A DNA stretch of 64,000 nucleotides, from the NCBI GenBank assembly GCA_964016885.1, contig OZ024749.1:16678001-16742000 (forward strand). The letters run 5' to 3'. The notes under the pieces are model-generated. The model saw nothing but the letters and a program-made list of their open reading frames with translations, did no database searches and was not told the origin of the DNA. This DNA is from Eledone cirrhosa. Taxonomy: Eukaryota. Positions 1 to 12,485 of this stretch are shown here, piece by piece. Positions within the stretch are counted from its first letter, which is position 1. The number at the start of each line of letters is the position of its first letter. A program made the position numbers and the translations under genes.

Positions 1-17
1 GGAATTATTGATGAAAC

Positions 18-340
18 TTGTTAGAAACACAAGAGAAGTTCCTAGCCAAGATTAAGTTGCTTTATTTAGCTTTTGTAGATCTAGAAAAGGCCTTTGACAG
101 AGTACCTAACTCTTTTATCTGGTGGGCCTTCAGAAATTTAGGTGGAGAATGGCTTGTGAGAGCAGTGCAAGCCATGTACAGCGGAGCTGTCAGTAAAGTG
201 AGAGTAGGAAGGGAGTTTAGTGAGGAATTCAATGTACAGGTAGGTGTTCATCAAGGTTCAGTTCACAACCCACTGCTGTTCATTGTAGTTCTCCAGGCCA
301 TAACCAATGGGATTAAGACTGGCTGTTCATGGGAAACAGT
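18..340 (+). mobile_element. RTE-clade LINE reverse transcriptase fragment
   Basis: Translation has LAFVDLEKAFDRVP and VGVHQGS..PLLF RT motifs; homologous to 30771-31025. Confidence 0.85.
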
Positions 341-451
341 CTATAATAATAATAATGAAATTATTGTGTAAAGTGCTCAGGTGCACTACAACTCGTCAAT
401 ATAGTACATAGAATAATACACAAATGTCAGGGAAGTACATGTGTGCATGTG

Positions 452-3283
452 TTAGCTGTAGTGTTGGCGGTTCTCGGGAAGCATGGAGGCCTTAAAGGAT
501 GCAGTGTCTCGACAGCTAACAACTGATGCAGGTAGTTTGTTCCATGCTTCAGCAACTCTGAGCGTGAAAAAATGTTTCCGAAAGTCATGGGAACTGTGCT
601 GTTTTCTTACTTTGTGGGCATGTCCACGTGTGTTAGACACATGGAAATCGAAAAGGCACTCAGGGTTGTTGTTGGCAACATGGTTAACAATTTTATGGGT
701 GTTTACCAAGTCAGTTGCCAGGCGTCGGAGCTTCAATGAATCCATGCCCAGGGAAGCAAGGCGCTCAGAGTATGGTAGATGCCTGATGGAGGGTATTCGC
801 TTGGTTGCACGTCTCTGAACAGTTTCCAGGCGGTCAATGTCCTGAGCAAGATAGGGGTTCCAGACTGGTGATGCAAATTCTAAGTGTGGTCGCACCATAG
901 CTGTATACAGCCTTAAATAGATATCTGGAGAGCGGCTGACAAAGGTCTTGCTGAGTGATGCTAAGACACCCTCGGCCCTCTTGACAATTTTAGAGACGTG
1001 CCTCGTCCAACGCAAATCACTGCTGACCGTAATGCCCAGGTCACGTTCACAGGAAGACTTCTTGATATTAGTGCTGTGGAGGGAGTATGTGGACGCTGGG
1101 TTTTTACTCCCAAAATGCATGGTGGTGCATTTGTCCACAGCTAGCTTGAGTTGCCAGTCTGAGATCCACTGTTGCATTGTGTCCAGGTCAGACTGCAAGC
1201 AAGATCTATAGTGTTCAGGATCTGTCCTTTTTATCTCAAGGTACAGCTTGATGTCGTCTGCGTACTTTAGTACTGTGGCATTCCTTAAGTTGGCATCTAT
1301 GTCATTAATATATGCCACAAACAAAAGGGGGCCAAGAACAGATCCCTGAGGTACACCAGATGACATCTCATATGGTGAGGAATGCTGTCCCAGAACCGTG
1401 ACTACCTCTCTTCGACTGAGAATGAAGGACTTCAACCAGTTAAAAAGATCATCCTTCACACCCATTGCAGAGAGTTTTGCCATAAGCCTTTTGTGTGGCA
1501 CAGAATTGAAGGCCTTCGCAAAGTCAAGGTAAACAACATCCACCCATGAGCCGCCATCAGTGATCCGGGTGATGTCCTCAAGAAACTCTATAAGTTGATC
1601 ACAGCAGCTGGAGTTGGGGATAAATCCAAATTGCGAGGGCCGGATAATACTGTGAGAGCTCCAGAAGTTCCAAAGTGTTTCTCTGACACAGGATTCCATC
1701 AGTTTGGCGATGCAACTAGTAAGACTGACTGGACGATAGTTCACAGGTGATGTGCGGTCACCCTTTTTGAACAGAGGAATGACACTGGCAGTTTTCCACT
1801 GTTCTGGAATAGCACTGATGTTCAGACAGAATTGGAAGAAGCGTGATAACTGGTGTAGAAGGAAGTACCCACCACGTTTAAGAAGCAGGTACGTAACACC
1901 ATCAAGACCAGGAGAGGCATGGTTGCGTTTATTTTTTAGGTGACGTCGCAGCATTGCAAGTGTAAATTCCATGGTTGTAATAGAGTCCGGTGTCATAGGT
2001 GGTGGAGATGGTACACTCTGGTCTTCAATGGTGAAAATGCCTGCATAGCATTCAGCAATGAGCTCTGCGCATTCCTTGGGGTCGTCAGTAACCTGGCTTG
2101 TGTGGGGATTGCGAAGAGGACCAACTGGAGAGTGAGGCCTCTGCTTTGAGTGAACATACTTCCAGAACACCTTACTGTCAGGTTGCTATGCGCTGCTCAA
2201 ATTGAAGCACTGCCTTTTTGTCACCTGTTTGAGGTGGTTGGACGATCTATTTCGCCTCTTCCTATTAATGTCTGATTTGTGAAGTTTGTACTCACGTTCA
2301 GCATTGCGCCGTTCTTTTCTGGCAAGACGGACTGCTGCAGTCTCCCAAATTGCGCTTTTAGGATGTTTTTTCCGCTTACGTGGCACCGATGCTGCACATG
2401 CTGTACATGCTGTACATATTGAGCTCAGGATGTTCTGGAGTACAGTGTTGACATCTCCAGAGTCATAGAACTCAAGCCAGTTTGGCCGTTGCAACTCGGT
2501 GCAGTAACAGTTCCAGTCTGCTTTATTCCAGTCAAAGTGAGCAGTTTGGAGATGGTTGTGGTTCTTGTTACTGCCCATGAGGGATAGATTGGCAATGATC
2601 ATAGCATGATCAGAGTCACCTAAAGGTTCCTCAGCAGTAACACTAATGACCGTTTCAGGAGTAGTGGTGAAGAGTAGGTCCAAAGTGTTGTCACCTCTCA
2701 TTGGGGAGGTGACCACCTGGGACCAACTCGAGTCCAGCACCAGCTCAAGGAAGTCATTTGCACTTGGCGGCCAACGAAAGGTCTCCCAGTCAATCTCAGG
2801 GTGATTGAAGTCACCTGCAATGAAAACATAAGTGGCTGTCTTCCTGGCAGCAGCTCTGAGGATATCACAAAGTTGAGTGTCCTGATGGTAATTTGGGGGA
2901 CGGTAAACGACTCCAAGTAGCAGTGTTGACATGGTCATACGTATATCGCAGAAAAAAACTTCCTGCTGTGATTGGTTCAAATCAGCACAAGGAATTGCCG
3001 ACAGATTTGACCGAACGTAGACCATTACACCACCACCACGACGATTAATACGGTCTTTACGAAACAGGTTGTAGCCAGTCATGCTGAAAACCCCATCACA
3101 GAGTAAGGGATGTGCCCAAGTTTCCGTGGCTGTAATGAAGTCCGGGTTGATACTTTTGACGTAGGAGTCAAAAAGATGAATCTTATTGCATAGACTACGT
3201 GCATTCAAGGACAACAGTTTGTACTTTGATTCCAGTCTATGATTATGTGCAGGGGATGGCAGGTTGTTCTGATTTAGTTTCCC
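452..3283 (-). pseudogene. LINE ORF2 (APE endonuclease + RT) interrupted by one in-frame TAG at 2186-2188
   Basis: LNARS, TETW, GDFN, SDH (APE); [29 protein letters not shown] (RT); ORFs 2186-3214 and 452-2170 are in the same frame. Confidence 0.9.
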
Positions 3284-4602
3284 AGAGTTTTTTCAGTTTC
3301 TTTATTGTCAGTTGTTGTGGGTACAGTGTTTTCAGACCAGCTGGTGTCTCTTTTCCATGATTCGCCAGCCTTAACAAACTTCCATATCTGCCCATCATCT
3401 CGTAGGCTGAAGCTTTCATGTTCTGCCGAGCTGCGGTTTAGGGAAGCTGCAGCACGCAACTTTGGGCGGACATCAGGTGGAAGACCAGGACGTGTTCGGA
3501 AAGCAATCCGACTTTCACGCCTAGCTTTATCAGAGGCTACAAGGTATGAACGTGCCTCAGCCGAGTTTGAAAACGACAGTCTAATTAACCTGGGTTTCGG
3601 GCCTGGTCGGCCAAGGCGTAGAGCACCCTTTGCGGGAGCACAGCCCAGGTCTTTGGATGAACTGGCAGCAAATGCCTGAAGATCAACTATGTCTTCCGGC
3701 ACACCAATGGCAATCACTTCGTGGTTTGCAGATTCAGTGGCATTCTCAATGCGTCTAGGTTCAACATGAGGTACGCGGAGATTTTTTAACAAGGCACTCC
3801 TGTAAGATCTCTCATTGTGGGGTTCTACACGAACGCTTGATTTTATTTCCGCTATTTCTTGACTTAAAGCGGAAATCATTTGCTGTATTTCCTCAAACTC
3901 CGTATTGACGGTCGGTTTTTGTTGTTGTTCTTCTCCTTCAACAGGCATGGTAGAAGACACAGTCGTCGGTTGTTGTTGTTGATGAAGTCCTTCAACGGGG
4001 GTAGTAGCAGAAACTACGGTCGTTGGTTTTTGCTGTTGTTCAGCGACAATGGTAGAGGAAGACACGATCCTCGGTTTTTGTTGTTGTTCAGGAACAATGG
4101 TAGAAGACACGATCTTCGGTCTTTGTTGTTGTTCCGCAGCAATGGGAGAAGCAGGCATACAGTCCAGGCACTGAAAGGACCAGTTTGTTAGCTGGACCAT
4201 CTCCCAGAGTTTATCCATCGTAGCAATGTGATGTTTCTTATTTTGGCCTGGGATCTTCCGGAAGCCTGTGGCGCATTGAAGGCAGACAGAGATGCGACAG
4301 GTTCCACATTCGACCCAACGATTACGGAACGAGTTTTCGGGTTCCGTACAGATATGGCAGGTGTGATCTTCCGGGCAATATTCTATTTTTGGACATCGAC
4401 CAGTTTTGTCGCAAATTTCATCGATGGATATCACCATGGCAATTTTGTTATTTCTACCCATCCGTAGAAAAACACAGAATGTAAACAATATAGGTTTAGC
4501 GCACTTGATTACGATAGAAATAAAATGTCTGTTTTTTTGTGTATTTTGTTTCCGTTTTCCTAAATGTTGTGTGTGTGTAGAAGAGTCTGTGCATGTAAAC
4601 AA
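3274..4602 (-). CDS. LINE ORF1 with PHD-like Cys-rich finger, Q-rich repeats and coiled coil
   Basis: CHIC..WVECGTC..VCLQC..FQCLDC; RLGRPGPKPRLIRLSF typical of ORF1; true start may be MGRNNK (~4460). Confidence 0.8.
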   Translation of the reverse strand: MFTCTDSSTHTQHLGKRKQNTQKNRHFISIVIKCAKPILFTFCVFLRMGRNNKIAMVISIDEICDKTGRCPKIEYCPEDHTCHICTEPENSFRNRWVECGTCRISVCLQCATGFRKIPGQNKKHHIATMDKLWEMVQLTNWSFQCLDCMPASPIAAEQQQRPKIVSSTIVPEQQQKPRIVSSSTIVAEQQQKPTTVVSATTPVEGLHQQQQPTTVSSTMPVEGEEQQQKPTVNTEFEEIQQMISALSQEIAEIKSSVRVEPHNERSYRSALLKNLRVPHVEPRRIENATESANHEVIAIGVPEDIVDLQAFAASSSKDLGCAPAKGALRLGRPGPKPRLIRLSFSNSAEARSYLVASDKARRESRIAFRTRPGLPPDVRPKLRAAASLNRSSAEHESFSLRDDGQIWKFVKAGESWKRDTSWSENTVPTTTDNKETEKTLGN

Positions 4603-4974
4603 ATAAATATGCTGCGTAAGTTAAATGAAACGTACTGTAGAAGGCAGTTGTTTATTAACAGCGAATAACGTTTTTTTTTGTTTTGTTTTTTCCCCCTGAT
4701 ACTGCTTCTTTATAGTAAACTTTCAATAATATTTTTTTTTTCAAATTATTAACTTTCAGCTGCTAGTATATATATATAATTAAAAGGTGTATGTGGGTTA
4801 GAAGCGAAGTCAATGTTAAGAAATATTTTACCACATATTTTACCAATGTAACTATGTGAATGATATGGTCCTTATAGCTGAATCCATAAAAGAACTAGAG
4901 AATAAGTGACCCTACTGCATATGTAGGAAAGTAGTAGGCATAAACTGTACACAATGATAGCTTCCGCTATCTAG

Positions 4975-5130
4975 GTGGGGAGAAATGGAGCGACCATGAT
5001 TCGTTGGATGTGCAACGTAAATGTGAGAGGAAGGCAGAGCTTGGATAAATTGAGGAAGAAATTGGACTTCAGAGGAAACCGAAGTAGTGTGCAAGAGAGA
5101 AGACTGCTTTGGTATGGATATGTGATATAT
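4975..5130 (+). mobile_element. RTE LINE C-terminal fragment
   Basis: MIRWMCNV..LRKKL..RRLLWYGYV is typical of the RTE ORF C-terminus. Confidence 0.7.
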
Positions 5131-5649
5131 AGTTATTCCCGAAATGTATACACACTTACATAGACTGTAGTTGAAGTGTGTATACATTTTTGGGGAGGCC
5201 CTGTATATATTTTGTATACACATATATGTTAAAAGATGATTAATATACAAAGAAAAACATATATACATAAACACACACATATATTTATAGATATCTATTC
5301 CATTAAATATTTTACAAGTGTATATATATTTATATGAATATATATATATATATAAAGATATATATATACTCTTATGTGTATACGTCTGAAAATGTATATA
5401 TGTATGTAAATATATTTTTATACATACATGTATACATATAGATGGACAGTTATGCACTTACAATATTTTATTATTTATATATATAAATACGATGAATTAT
5501 TAACTTATTAAAAACTACAATGTATGATTAAATTATGTATGAAAGAAAATTATTATAATTGATCTAAATTAATGTTAAAATAAATTTTTAAAAATCTAAA
5601 TAAACAGTTTATTTGTCAACATAACCGTCGTGATAATATTGGTTCCCTA

Positions 5650-5783
5650 TATAGGCATAAGACCAACAATTTTGGTGGAGAGGAAAGTAGATTAAATCAA
5701 ACCCAGTGCATTACTGGTACTTTATTTTATTGACCCCGTAAGGATGAAAGGCAAAGTTAACCTCGGAGGGATTTGAACTCAGA
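5650..5783 (-). mobile_element. tRNA-type SINE (partial)
   Basis: Reverse complement of the GAGTTCAAATCC B-box and of the core TTGCCTTTCATCCTTACGGGGTC..AAAATAAAGTACCAGT seen in about 10 copies in the window. Confidence 0.8.
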
Positions 5784-6685
5784 TCATACCGTCGTCATAA
5801 TGTTATAAATAAAAAGAGAGAGAGTCGGGCTGCTAACTGTAAGGTTCTTATCATTAGGTGGAGTGTTGTGTTGGTCGTTGGGTAGGAGCTGTTGGCCGAT
5901 GTTTTGAGCATGTAGTGTCACTGAAACACGATCAAGGCTGCCAGAGTGATGCTTCTGTGGTTTCATATTTCAACACAGGCAAGATGATCTATAATATGAA
6001 CAGCTAAAATGTGGAGAAATGCATTCAATTACTACAGGTCTGACCCTTAGTTTGAATTATATCTACTTATGTATGTTTAAAGCAACCGACCAAACAGTCC
6101 TTTCCTAATTCAAGAAGGTATGTGACCTGAAAGAAATTTGGCTGCTATTTCCAACAGGTAAATTAACCACATAGAGGTTTTCACTCCTTCTCTTGAAACA
6201 AACATATTTGTCATTGTTAGTTGTTTTAGCCAGAAAGTTGGTGTTGAAATCAGTAATATTTTACAGGAAAGTTGGCATTAACTAATGAACTTGATACAAT
6301 TGAGTGAGGGAAGATTTTAGCTGGCCAACATAGAAAAAACTTTCTAAATGAGACAGAACACTTTGTAGAATAATTATTTCAATGATTCTTTTCTACCTTT
6401 TCCTTTCAACTTTCTCTTTCATTTCACTTGTTTTTCCTTCTTTTCTTTAACCTTTTGATTAGATTATATGTTGTCTTATATTTTCACTTGGACTCTATAC
6501 TTCTCTGTGTTATATCTATAAGGTTCCATTCCATGTGAAACACCATAACTAGAATACAATTGAACAACAAACAAACGATTCGTTTCGGTTATAAAGAATT
6601 TTTCGTTACAACGAATTATTTTTATACCCCGTGTATTTCGTTACAACGGAATCTCACTGTATATATATTATGTGTGTGTGCGTGC

Positions 6686-6721
<36 letters not shown>

Positions 6722-6929
6722 CAAGAAGGAGAATGATATTCTGGCGGTTTTCGAGCTTATTCTGAAGTCGGTACAAAAGACTTGCTGTGTTGATTGTTTA
6801 ACTAAACGTAAGGGTTTAAAGAAAAAAATGGATAATTTCACTGCTATTTCTAGCAGGGTGAGAGACTACGTAGATATATAATTGATATTTTATTGAGTGA
6901 TACTTTCTGATTTACAATAAATTAAATAC

Positions 6930-6994
6930 GATTGGAACTGTGTCTGAAGGTATTAAATTATATCAGGGACTTTTAACGTATGACACCGGTAAGA
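6930..6994 (+). promoter_or_regulatory. Putative non-coding first exon and 5' splice donor of ZNF gene 1
   Basis: CCG|GTAAGA donor (GT 6989-6990); paralogous segments at ~15150-15210 and ~21080-21165 (AAG|GTATAT); acceptor TTTCTTTATTTCAG ends at 9484. Confidence 0.45.
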
Positions 6995-7669
6995 GTGTTG
7001 AATCATTCCCAACGACACCGAGTACCTGCTGTCTTCATTATAACTTTAATTAATCTAATTATATCTTGTGTAACAATTATATATATATACACACAATTTT
7101 ATTTCCCCGACATCAGTCTTACACTGTCATATCTATTCTTACTTTACAATTGTGTCTACTAAGAGTTCCATTACAATCTGTAGTAGTAAAACTACTATTT
7201 CACCAGAACATCTGCTGTCAGTCATTTATAGACAATATATATATATGTTAGACCACATATCAACCTAATATATAGATATTTCCTATCAAATCTGTAGCTA
7301 AAGACATAAAATCAGCCTCACTACTTCTTTCTGACAAGTTATCAATTTATGACTAAAGATGAAGAAGTTACACCAACGTTAATGACGTGAAATAAAGCTT
7401 AATATCTTTGAAACTTCTAATTTGATAACAAAGAGATTATTTCTTTGGTTGTTTAGTAAAAACTAACAACACAATACATTGATTATATGTGAAGGAGGTA
7501 AGTTGACAAAGATTTACTTAATTTACTTAATGTCTATATTAATGTGTGTAAATAATATAATTATGTGAACCCTACAACGATCCAGTAATTATATACAAGT
7601 GAAAATATATATAACTACATTAGAAAAATTTATTTCTTCCTCCACTTTTATATATAGAAAAAAAACTTC

Positions 7670-8051
7670 CAAACTGAAATGTTGATGTGTTACTTTTCAA
7701 TAAGCAGATTCCGCTGTTACATGTGATATAAAATATATTTGTTTCTACTTTAGGCACAAGGCCAGCAATTATCCAGTTCATTACTGGTACTTTATTTTAT
7801 CGACCCCGTAAGGATGAAAGGCAAAGTCAACCTCGGCGGGATTTGAACTCAGATCGTCCCTTTACGATCTGAGTTCAAATCCCGCCGAGGTTGACTTTGC
7901 CTTTCATCCTTACGGGGTCGATAAAATAAAGTACCAGTAATGAACTGGATAATTGCTGGCCTTGTGCCTAAAGTAGAAACAAATATATTTTATATCACAT
8001 GTAACAGCGGAATCTGCTTATTGAAAAGTAACACATCAACATTTCAGTTTG
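7670..8051. repeat. Perfect inverted repeat (188-bp arms, 6-nt loop) containing head-to-head SINE halves
   Basis: 7670-7857 is the reverse complement of 7864-8051; loop CCCTTT. Confidence 0.95.
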
Positions 8052-8329
8052 ATATAAAATATATTGTTATCATGACTGTCTTTATGATTTAAAATACCTC
8101 CGTCTATATATTGTTATCATGACTGTCTTTATTATTTAAAATACCTCCGTCTACCACTGGAACAACCTCAAACAAGAAACAGTTGTCGCATCCTCAGTCA
8201 ACATTTTAAAGTCAAAAATCAAAATAAATGTTATCAGTGTATATAGATAGATGTATGTTGTGTGTGTATATATACAGTAATCCCCCGCTGTATGGCGGTC
8301 CCGTTACATCGTGGATATTTCTTTGGAAC

Positions 8330-8720
8330 GAGGGCGGTGGATTGGCAGTATCGGTAGAGGGTCGGACGCCATGCTTTGACGCATAGAGTTACGGCCCTTG
8401 CCATTCTGAGTTCAAATCCCACCGAGGTTAACTTTACCTTTCATCCTTACGGGGTCGATAAAATAAAGTACCAGTTATACACTAGGTATTTGCTGGCCTT
8501 GTGCCTAACTTAGAAACAATTATTTAAAATACCTCCGGGGGATTGGCAGTATCGGTAGAGGGTCGGACGCCATGCTTTGCAGCACAGTTACGTCCCTTTA
8601 CGGACTGAGTTCAAATCCCGCCGAGGTTAACTTTGCCTTTCATCCTTACGGGGTCGATAAAATAAAGTACCAGTAATACACTGGGATAATTGCTGGCATT
8701 GTGCCAAAAGTAGAAACAAT
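8330..8720 (+). mobile_element. Two tandem tRNA-type SINE copies (~8330-8520, ~8537-8720)
   Basis: A-box-like TGGCAGTATCGG, B-box GAGTTCAAATCC and the shared core. Confidence 0.85.
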
Positions 8721-8871
8721 TATTTAAAATACCTCCGTCTATATTTCAACTACTGGAACAACCTCAAACAAGAAACAGTTGTCACACCCCTCAGTCAACA
8801 TTTTAAAGTCAAAAATCGAAATAAATATTATGAGTGTTTATATATAGATGTATGTTGTGTGTGTATATATA

Positions 8872-9030
8872 GAGTAATCCCCCGCTATATCACGGTTCAC
8901 TTTTCGCGGTCCCGTTACATCACGGATATTTCTTTGGAACGTATCTAATTTCCTATCACGGTAATCCTCGCTACATCGCGGATTTTTCGTTAGAACATAT
9001 CTATTTTCTTATCGCGGTACGTCTGAATAA
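8872..9030 (+). mobile_element. Tc1/pogo (Tigger-like) DNA transposon end fragment
   Basis: AGTAATCCCCCGCTATATCACGG terminus with subterminal repeats; partial duplicate at 8275-8325. Confidence 0.5.
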
Positions 9031-9818
9031 AAAGTGTTTAAATTTTGAACTTATTAAATAAGCCTGTCAGCTGTGCCACTATGAAGAGGCATGGCCAGTT
9101 GGCTGCACCAAACCCATCTCACTTGGTCACCGCAGTTTTGGGGCCTTGTACTAGATGACATCGCTATGGTGATGTAGCTGTTGTTTGACATATATATAGC
9201 CTTGGTTTATATAAATAAACATCACACAGGTATATTTCTACAGTTTACCAATGTACGCTATTTACCGGTGCCGACGATGCTTCGTCCTCGAGAACTCACC
9301 CTAATTTTGACAAGCAAAAATTTGAAAAAAAACATTAAACAACCTTCGGCCTGAGACTTATTTTAGGTAAAAAGTAACGTCTTCGATGCTGGGAAATACT
9401 GTAAAAAATGTAAAATTTCCACTGTTAAATCTATCTCTGCTTCTTAAGTATTCTGTATTATCTCACACTGTTTCTTTATTTCAGAATACCAGATGACATT
9501 GGGATAAATTATTATTTTCTATCTCAGATACATCCCCTCTATTTATCATCATTTTAAGACTAAAATGTTTTATACAGAACTCATATAACACTGTTTATAT
9601 AAATCTGTGAAATATTTCCTCAAAACAGTTCATTTTCTTCACTATGAGATGATTTTGTATTTTAACTAAACTTGGATGAAAAAGAAGTTTGCATCAACTT
9701 CAGATCTTGACTGAGGTCACAGTTGAGGAATATATAGCAGAAGAAATATCTTCAGGAATATAATATAAAAAATAAGACAGGAATAACATCTGTAAATTCT
9801 GCCAAGGGAAGAAGAAAC

Positions 9819-11936
9819 ATGGAAAATAAATTGATTGAGAAGAAGATTAAATGTGAAACATTGTCTAAAGATATGGCTACTCCAGAAGAGATGCCAAACA
9901 ATAGAGAAGGGGGGCCATATCACTGTGATATCTGTAACAACTCATTTTCTGCATCAAATACTTTAATTAAATACATACGCACCCATACAGGTGAGAAACC
10001 ATACCACTGCGATATGTGTGGTGAATCATTCTCTGTTAGTAGTACCTTAACTAGACACAAATGTATACATACAGGAGACAAGCCATATCACTGTAAAATC
10101 TGTGGTAAATCATTCCCAAAGAGTGGTTCATTAATGTCTCACATATGTACACATACAGGTGAGAAGCCATATCACTGTAATATCTGTGGTAAATCATTCT
10201 CAGAGAGTGGTTCATTAATGTCTCACATATGTACCCATACAGGTGAGAAGCCATACTACTGTGATATCTGTGGTAAATCATTCTCTCGAAGTAGTACATT
10301 AACTAATCACAAACGTATACATACAGGAGACAAGCCATATCACTGTGATATCTGTGGTGAATCATTCTCTCAAAGCAGTAGCTTAACTAACCACAAACGT
10401 ACCCATACAGGAGACAAGCCATATCACTGTGATATCTGTGGTATATCATTCTCTCAAAGTAGTCACTTAACTAGCCACAAATGTACCCATACAGGAGACA
10501 AGCCATATCACTGTGAGATCTGTGGTATATCATTCTCTGATAGTAGTACCTTAACTAGACACAAACATATACATACAGGAGACAAGCCATACCACTGTGA
10601 TATCTGTGGTAAATCATTCTCTGCAAGTAGTAACTTAACTACACATAACCATATACATACAGGAGACAAGCCATACCACTGTGATATCTGTGGTAAATCA
10701 TTCTCTGTAAGTAGTCACTTAACTAGCCACAAACATATACATACAGGAGACAAGCCATATCTCTGTGAGATCTGTGGTAAGTCATTCTCTGTAAGTAGTG
10801 CCTTAACTAGCCACAAACGTACCCATACAGGAGACAAGCCATATCACTGTGATATCTGTGGTAAATCATTCTCTCGAAGTAGTCACTTGACTAGCCACAA
10901 ACGTACCCATACAGGAGACAAGCCATATCACTGTGATATCTGTGGTAAATCATTCTCTGTAAGTAGTGCCTTGACTAGACACAAACGTATACATACAGGA
11001 GACAAGCCATATCACTGTGATATCTGTGGTAAATCATTCTCAGAGAGTGGTACATTAATGTCTCACATATGTACCCATACAGGTGAGAAGCCATACTACT
11101 GTGATATCTGTGGTAAATCATTCTCTCGAAGTAGTACATTAACTAATCACAAACGTATACATACAGGAGACAAGCCATATCACTGTGATATCTGTGGTGA
11201 ATCATTCTCTCAAAGCAGTAGCTTAACTAACCACAAACGTACCCATACAGGAGACAAGCCATATCACTGTGATATCTGTGGTATATCATTCTCTCAAAGT
11301 AGTCACTTAACTAGCCACAAACGTACCCATACAGGAGACAAGCCATATCACTGTGAGATCTGTGGTATATCATTCTCTGATAGTAGTACCTTAACTAGAC
11401 ACAAACATATACATACAGGAGACAAGCCATACCACTGTGATATCTGTGGTAAATCATTCTCTGCAAGTAGTAACTTAACTACACATAACCGTATACATAC
11501 AGGAGACAAGCCATACCACTGTGATATCTGTGGTAAATCATTCTCTGTAAGTAGTCACTTAACTAGCCACAAACATATACATACAGGAGACAAGCCATAT
11601 CTCTGTGAGATCTGTGGTAAGTCATTCTCTGTAAGTAGTGCCTTAACTAGCCACAAACGTACCCATACAGGAGACAAGCCATATCACTGTGATATCTGTG
11701 GTAAATCATTCTCTCGAAGTAGTCACTTGACTAGCCACAAACGTACCCATACAGGAGACAAGCCATATCACTGTGATATCTGTGGTAAATCATTCTCTGT
11801 AAGTAGTGCCTTGACTAGACACAAACTTATACATACAGGAGACAAGCCATATCACTGTGATATCTGTGGTAAATCATTCCTTGGGAAAAGTAGCCTAACT
11901 ACTCACAAACTTATACATGCAGAAGAGAAATCATAA
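9819..11936 (+). CDS. C2H2 zinc-finger protein, ~24 tandem fingers
   Basis: CxxC-x12-HxxxH repeats with TG(D/E)KPY linkers; uninterrupted 705-aa ORF; AATAAA at ~12525. Confidence 0.95.
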   Translation: MENKLIEKKIKCETLSKDMATPEEMPNNREGGPYHCDICNNSFSASNTLIKYIRTHTGEKPYHCDMCGESFSVSSTLTRHKCIHTGDKPYHCKICGKSFPKSGSLMSHICTHTGEKPYHCNICGKSFSESGSLMSHICTHTGEKPYYCDICGKSFSRSSTLTNHKRIHTGDKPYHCDICGESFSQSSSLTNHKRTHTGDKPYHCDICGISFSQSSHLTSHKCTHTGDKPYHCEICGISFSDSSTLTRHKHIHTGDKPYHCDICGKSFSASSNLTTHNHIHTGDKPYHCDICGKSFSVSSHLTSHKHIHTGDKPYLCEICGKSFSVSSALTSHKRTHTGDKPYHCDICGKSFSRSSHLTSHKRTHTGDKPYHCDICGKSFSVSSALTRHKRIHTGDKPYHCDICGKSFSESGTLMSHICTHTGEKPYYCDICGKSFSRSSTLTNHKRIHTGDKPYHCDICGESFSQSSSLTNHKRTHTGDKPYHCDICGISFSQSSHLTSHKRTHTGDKPYHCEICGISFSDSSTLTRHKHIHTGDKPYHCDICGKSFSASSNLTTHNRIHTGDKPYHCDICGKSFSVSSHLTSHKHIHTGDKPYLCEICGKSFSVSSALTSHKRTHTGDKPYHCDICGKSFSRSSHLTSHKRTHTGDKPYHCDICGKSFSVSSALTRHKLIHTGDKPYHCDICGKSFLGKSSLTTHKLIHAEEKS

Positions 11937-12485
11937 CGCATTGACATCAGTGATAAATCATTCTCTCAAATTTGTGAATTAATGAGAATACAAATATACA
12001 TCATTGTGACATCTGAGGGAAAATCATTCTCTTTGAATGTTACATTAACTACACACAAACATATACATACAGCTGGGAAGCTAAATCACTTTGATATATT
12101 TGGTAAATCATTCTCTAAATGTTGTGGCTTCACTAGACAATAACATATACAGGCGAGGAACTATATTACTGTGATGTCTGTGATAAATCCTTCTCTAAAT
12201 ATTGTGGCTTCATTAGACACTAACATATACAGGAGAGGAACCATATCACTGTGATGTCTGGTAAATCATTGTTTAAATGTTATGGCTTCACTAGACACTA
12301 ATATATACAGGAGAGGAACTGTATCACTGTGATGTCTGCGGTAAATCATTGTCTAAATGTTGTGGCTTCACTACACACTAACATATACAGGAGAGGAACC
12401 ATATTACTGTGATATCTGTGCTACATCATTCTCTTGTAAAGATTACTTAATTCAACACAATCAGACAAGATAAAAACCATATCAC
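11937..12485 (+). pseudogene. Degenerate zinc-finger repeats downstream of the stop (3' UTR)
   Basis: About 6 decayed ~81-84 bp units (cactgtgatgtctg..aaatcatt..catatacaggagag) with stops and indels. Confidence 0.8.

Larger units (their letters stand above)
343..4602 (-). mobile_element. Near-full-length CR1/L2-group LINE (ORF1 + APE-RT ORF2) with short (TAT)n 3' tail
   Basis: ORF1, endonuclease and RT are colinear on the minus strand; (AAT)n at 343-356 is the 3' tail on the minus strand; exact 5' end not visible. Confidence 0.9.

Noticed and set aside
2171-2220. Programmed readthrough of the TAG in LINE ORF2
   Set aside because: An alternative frame (KAVLQFEQRIA) reads more naturally, suggesting small copy-specific indels
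8330-8430. tRNA gene
   Set aside because: A/B boxes run into the repeated SINE core and no full cloverleaf forms
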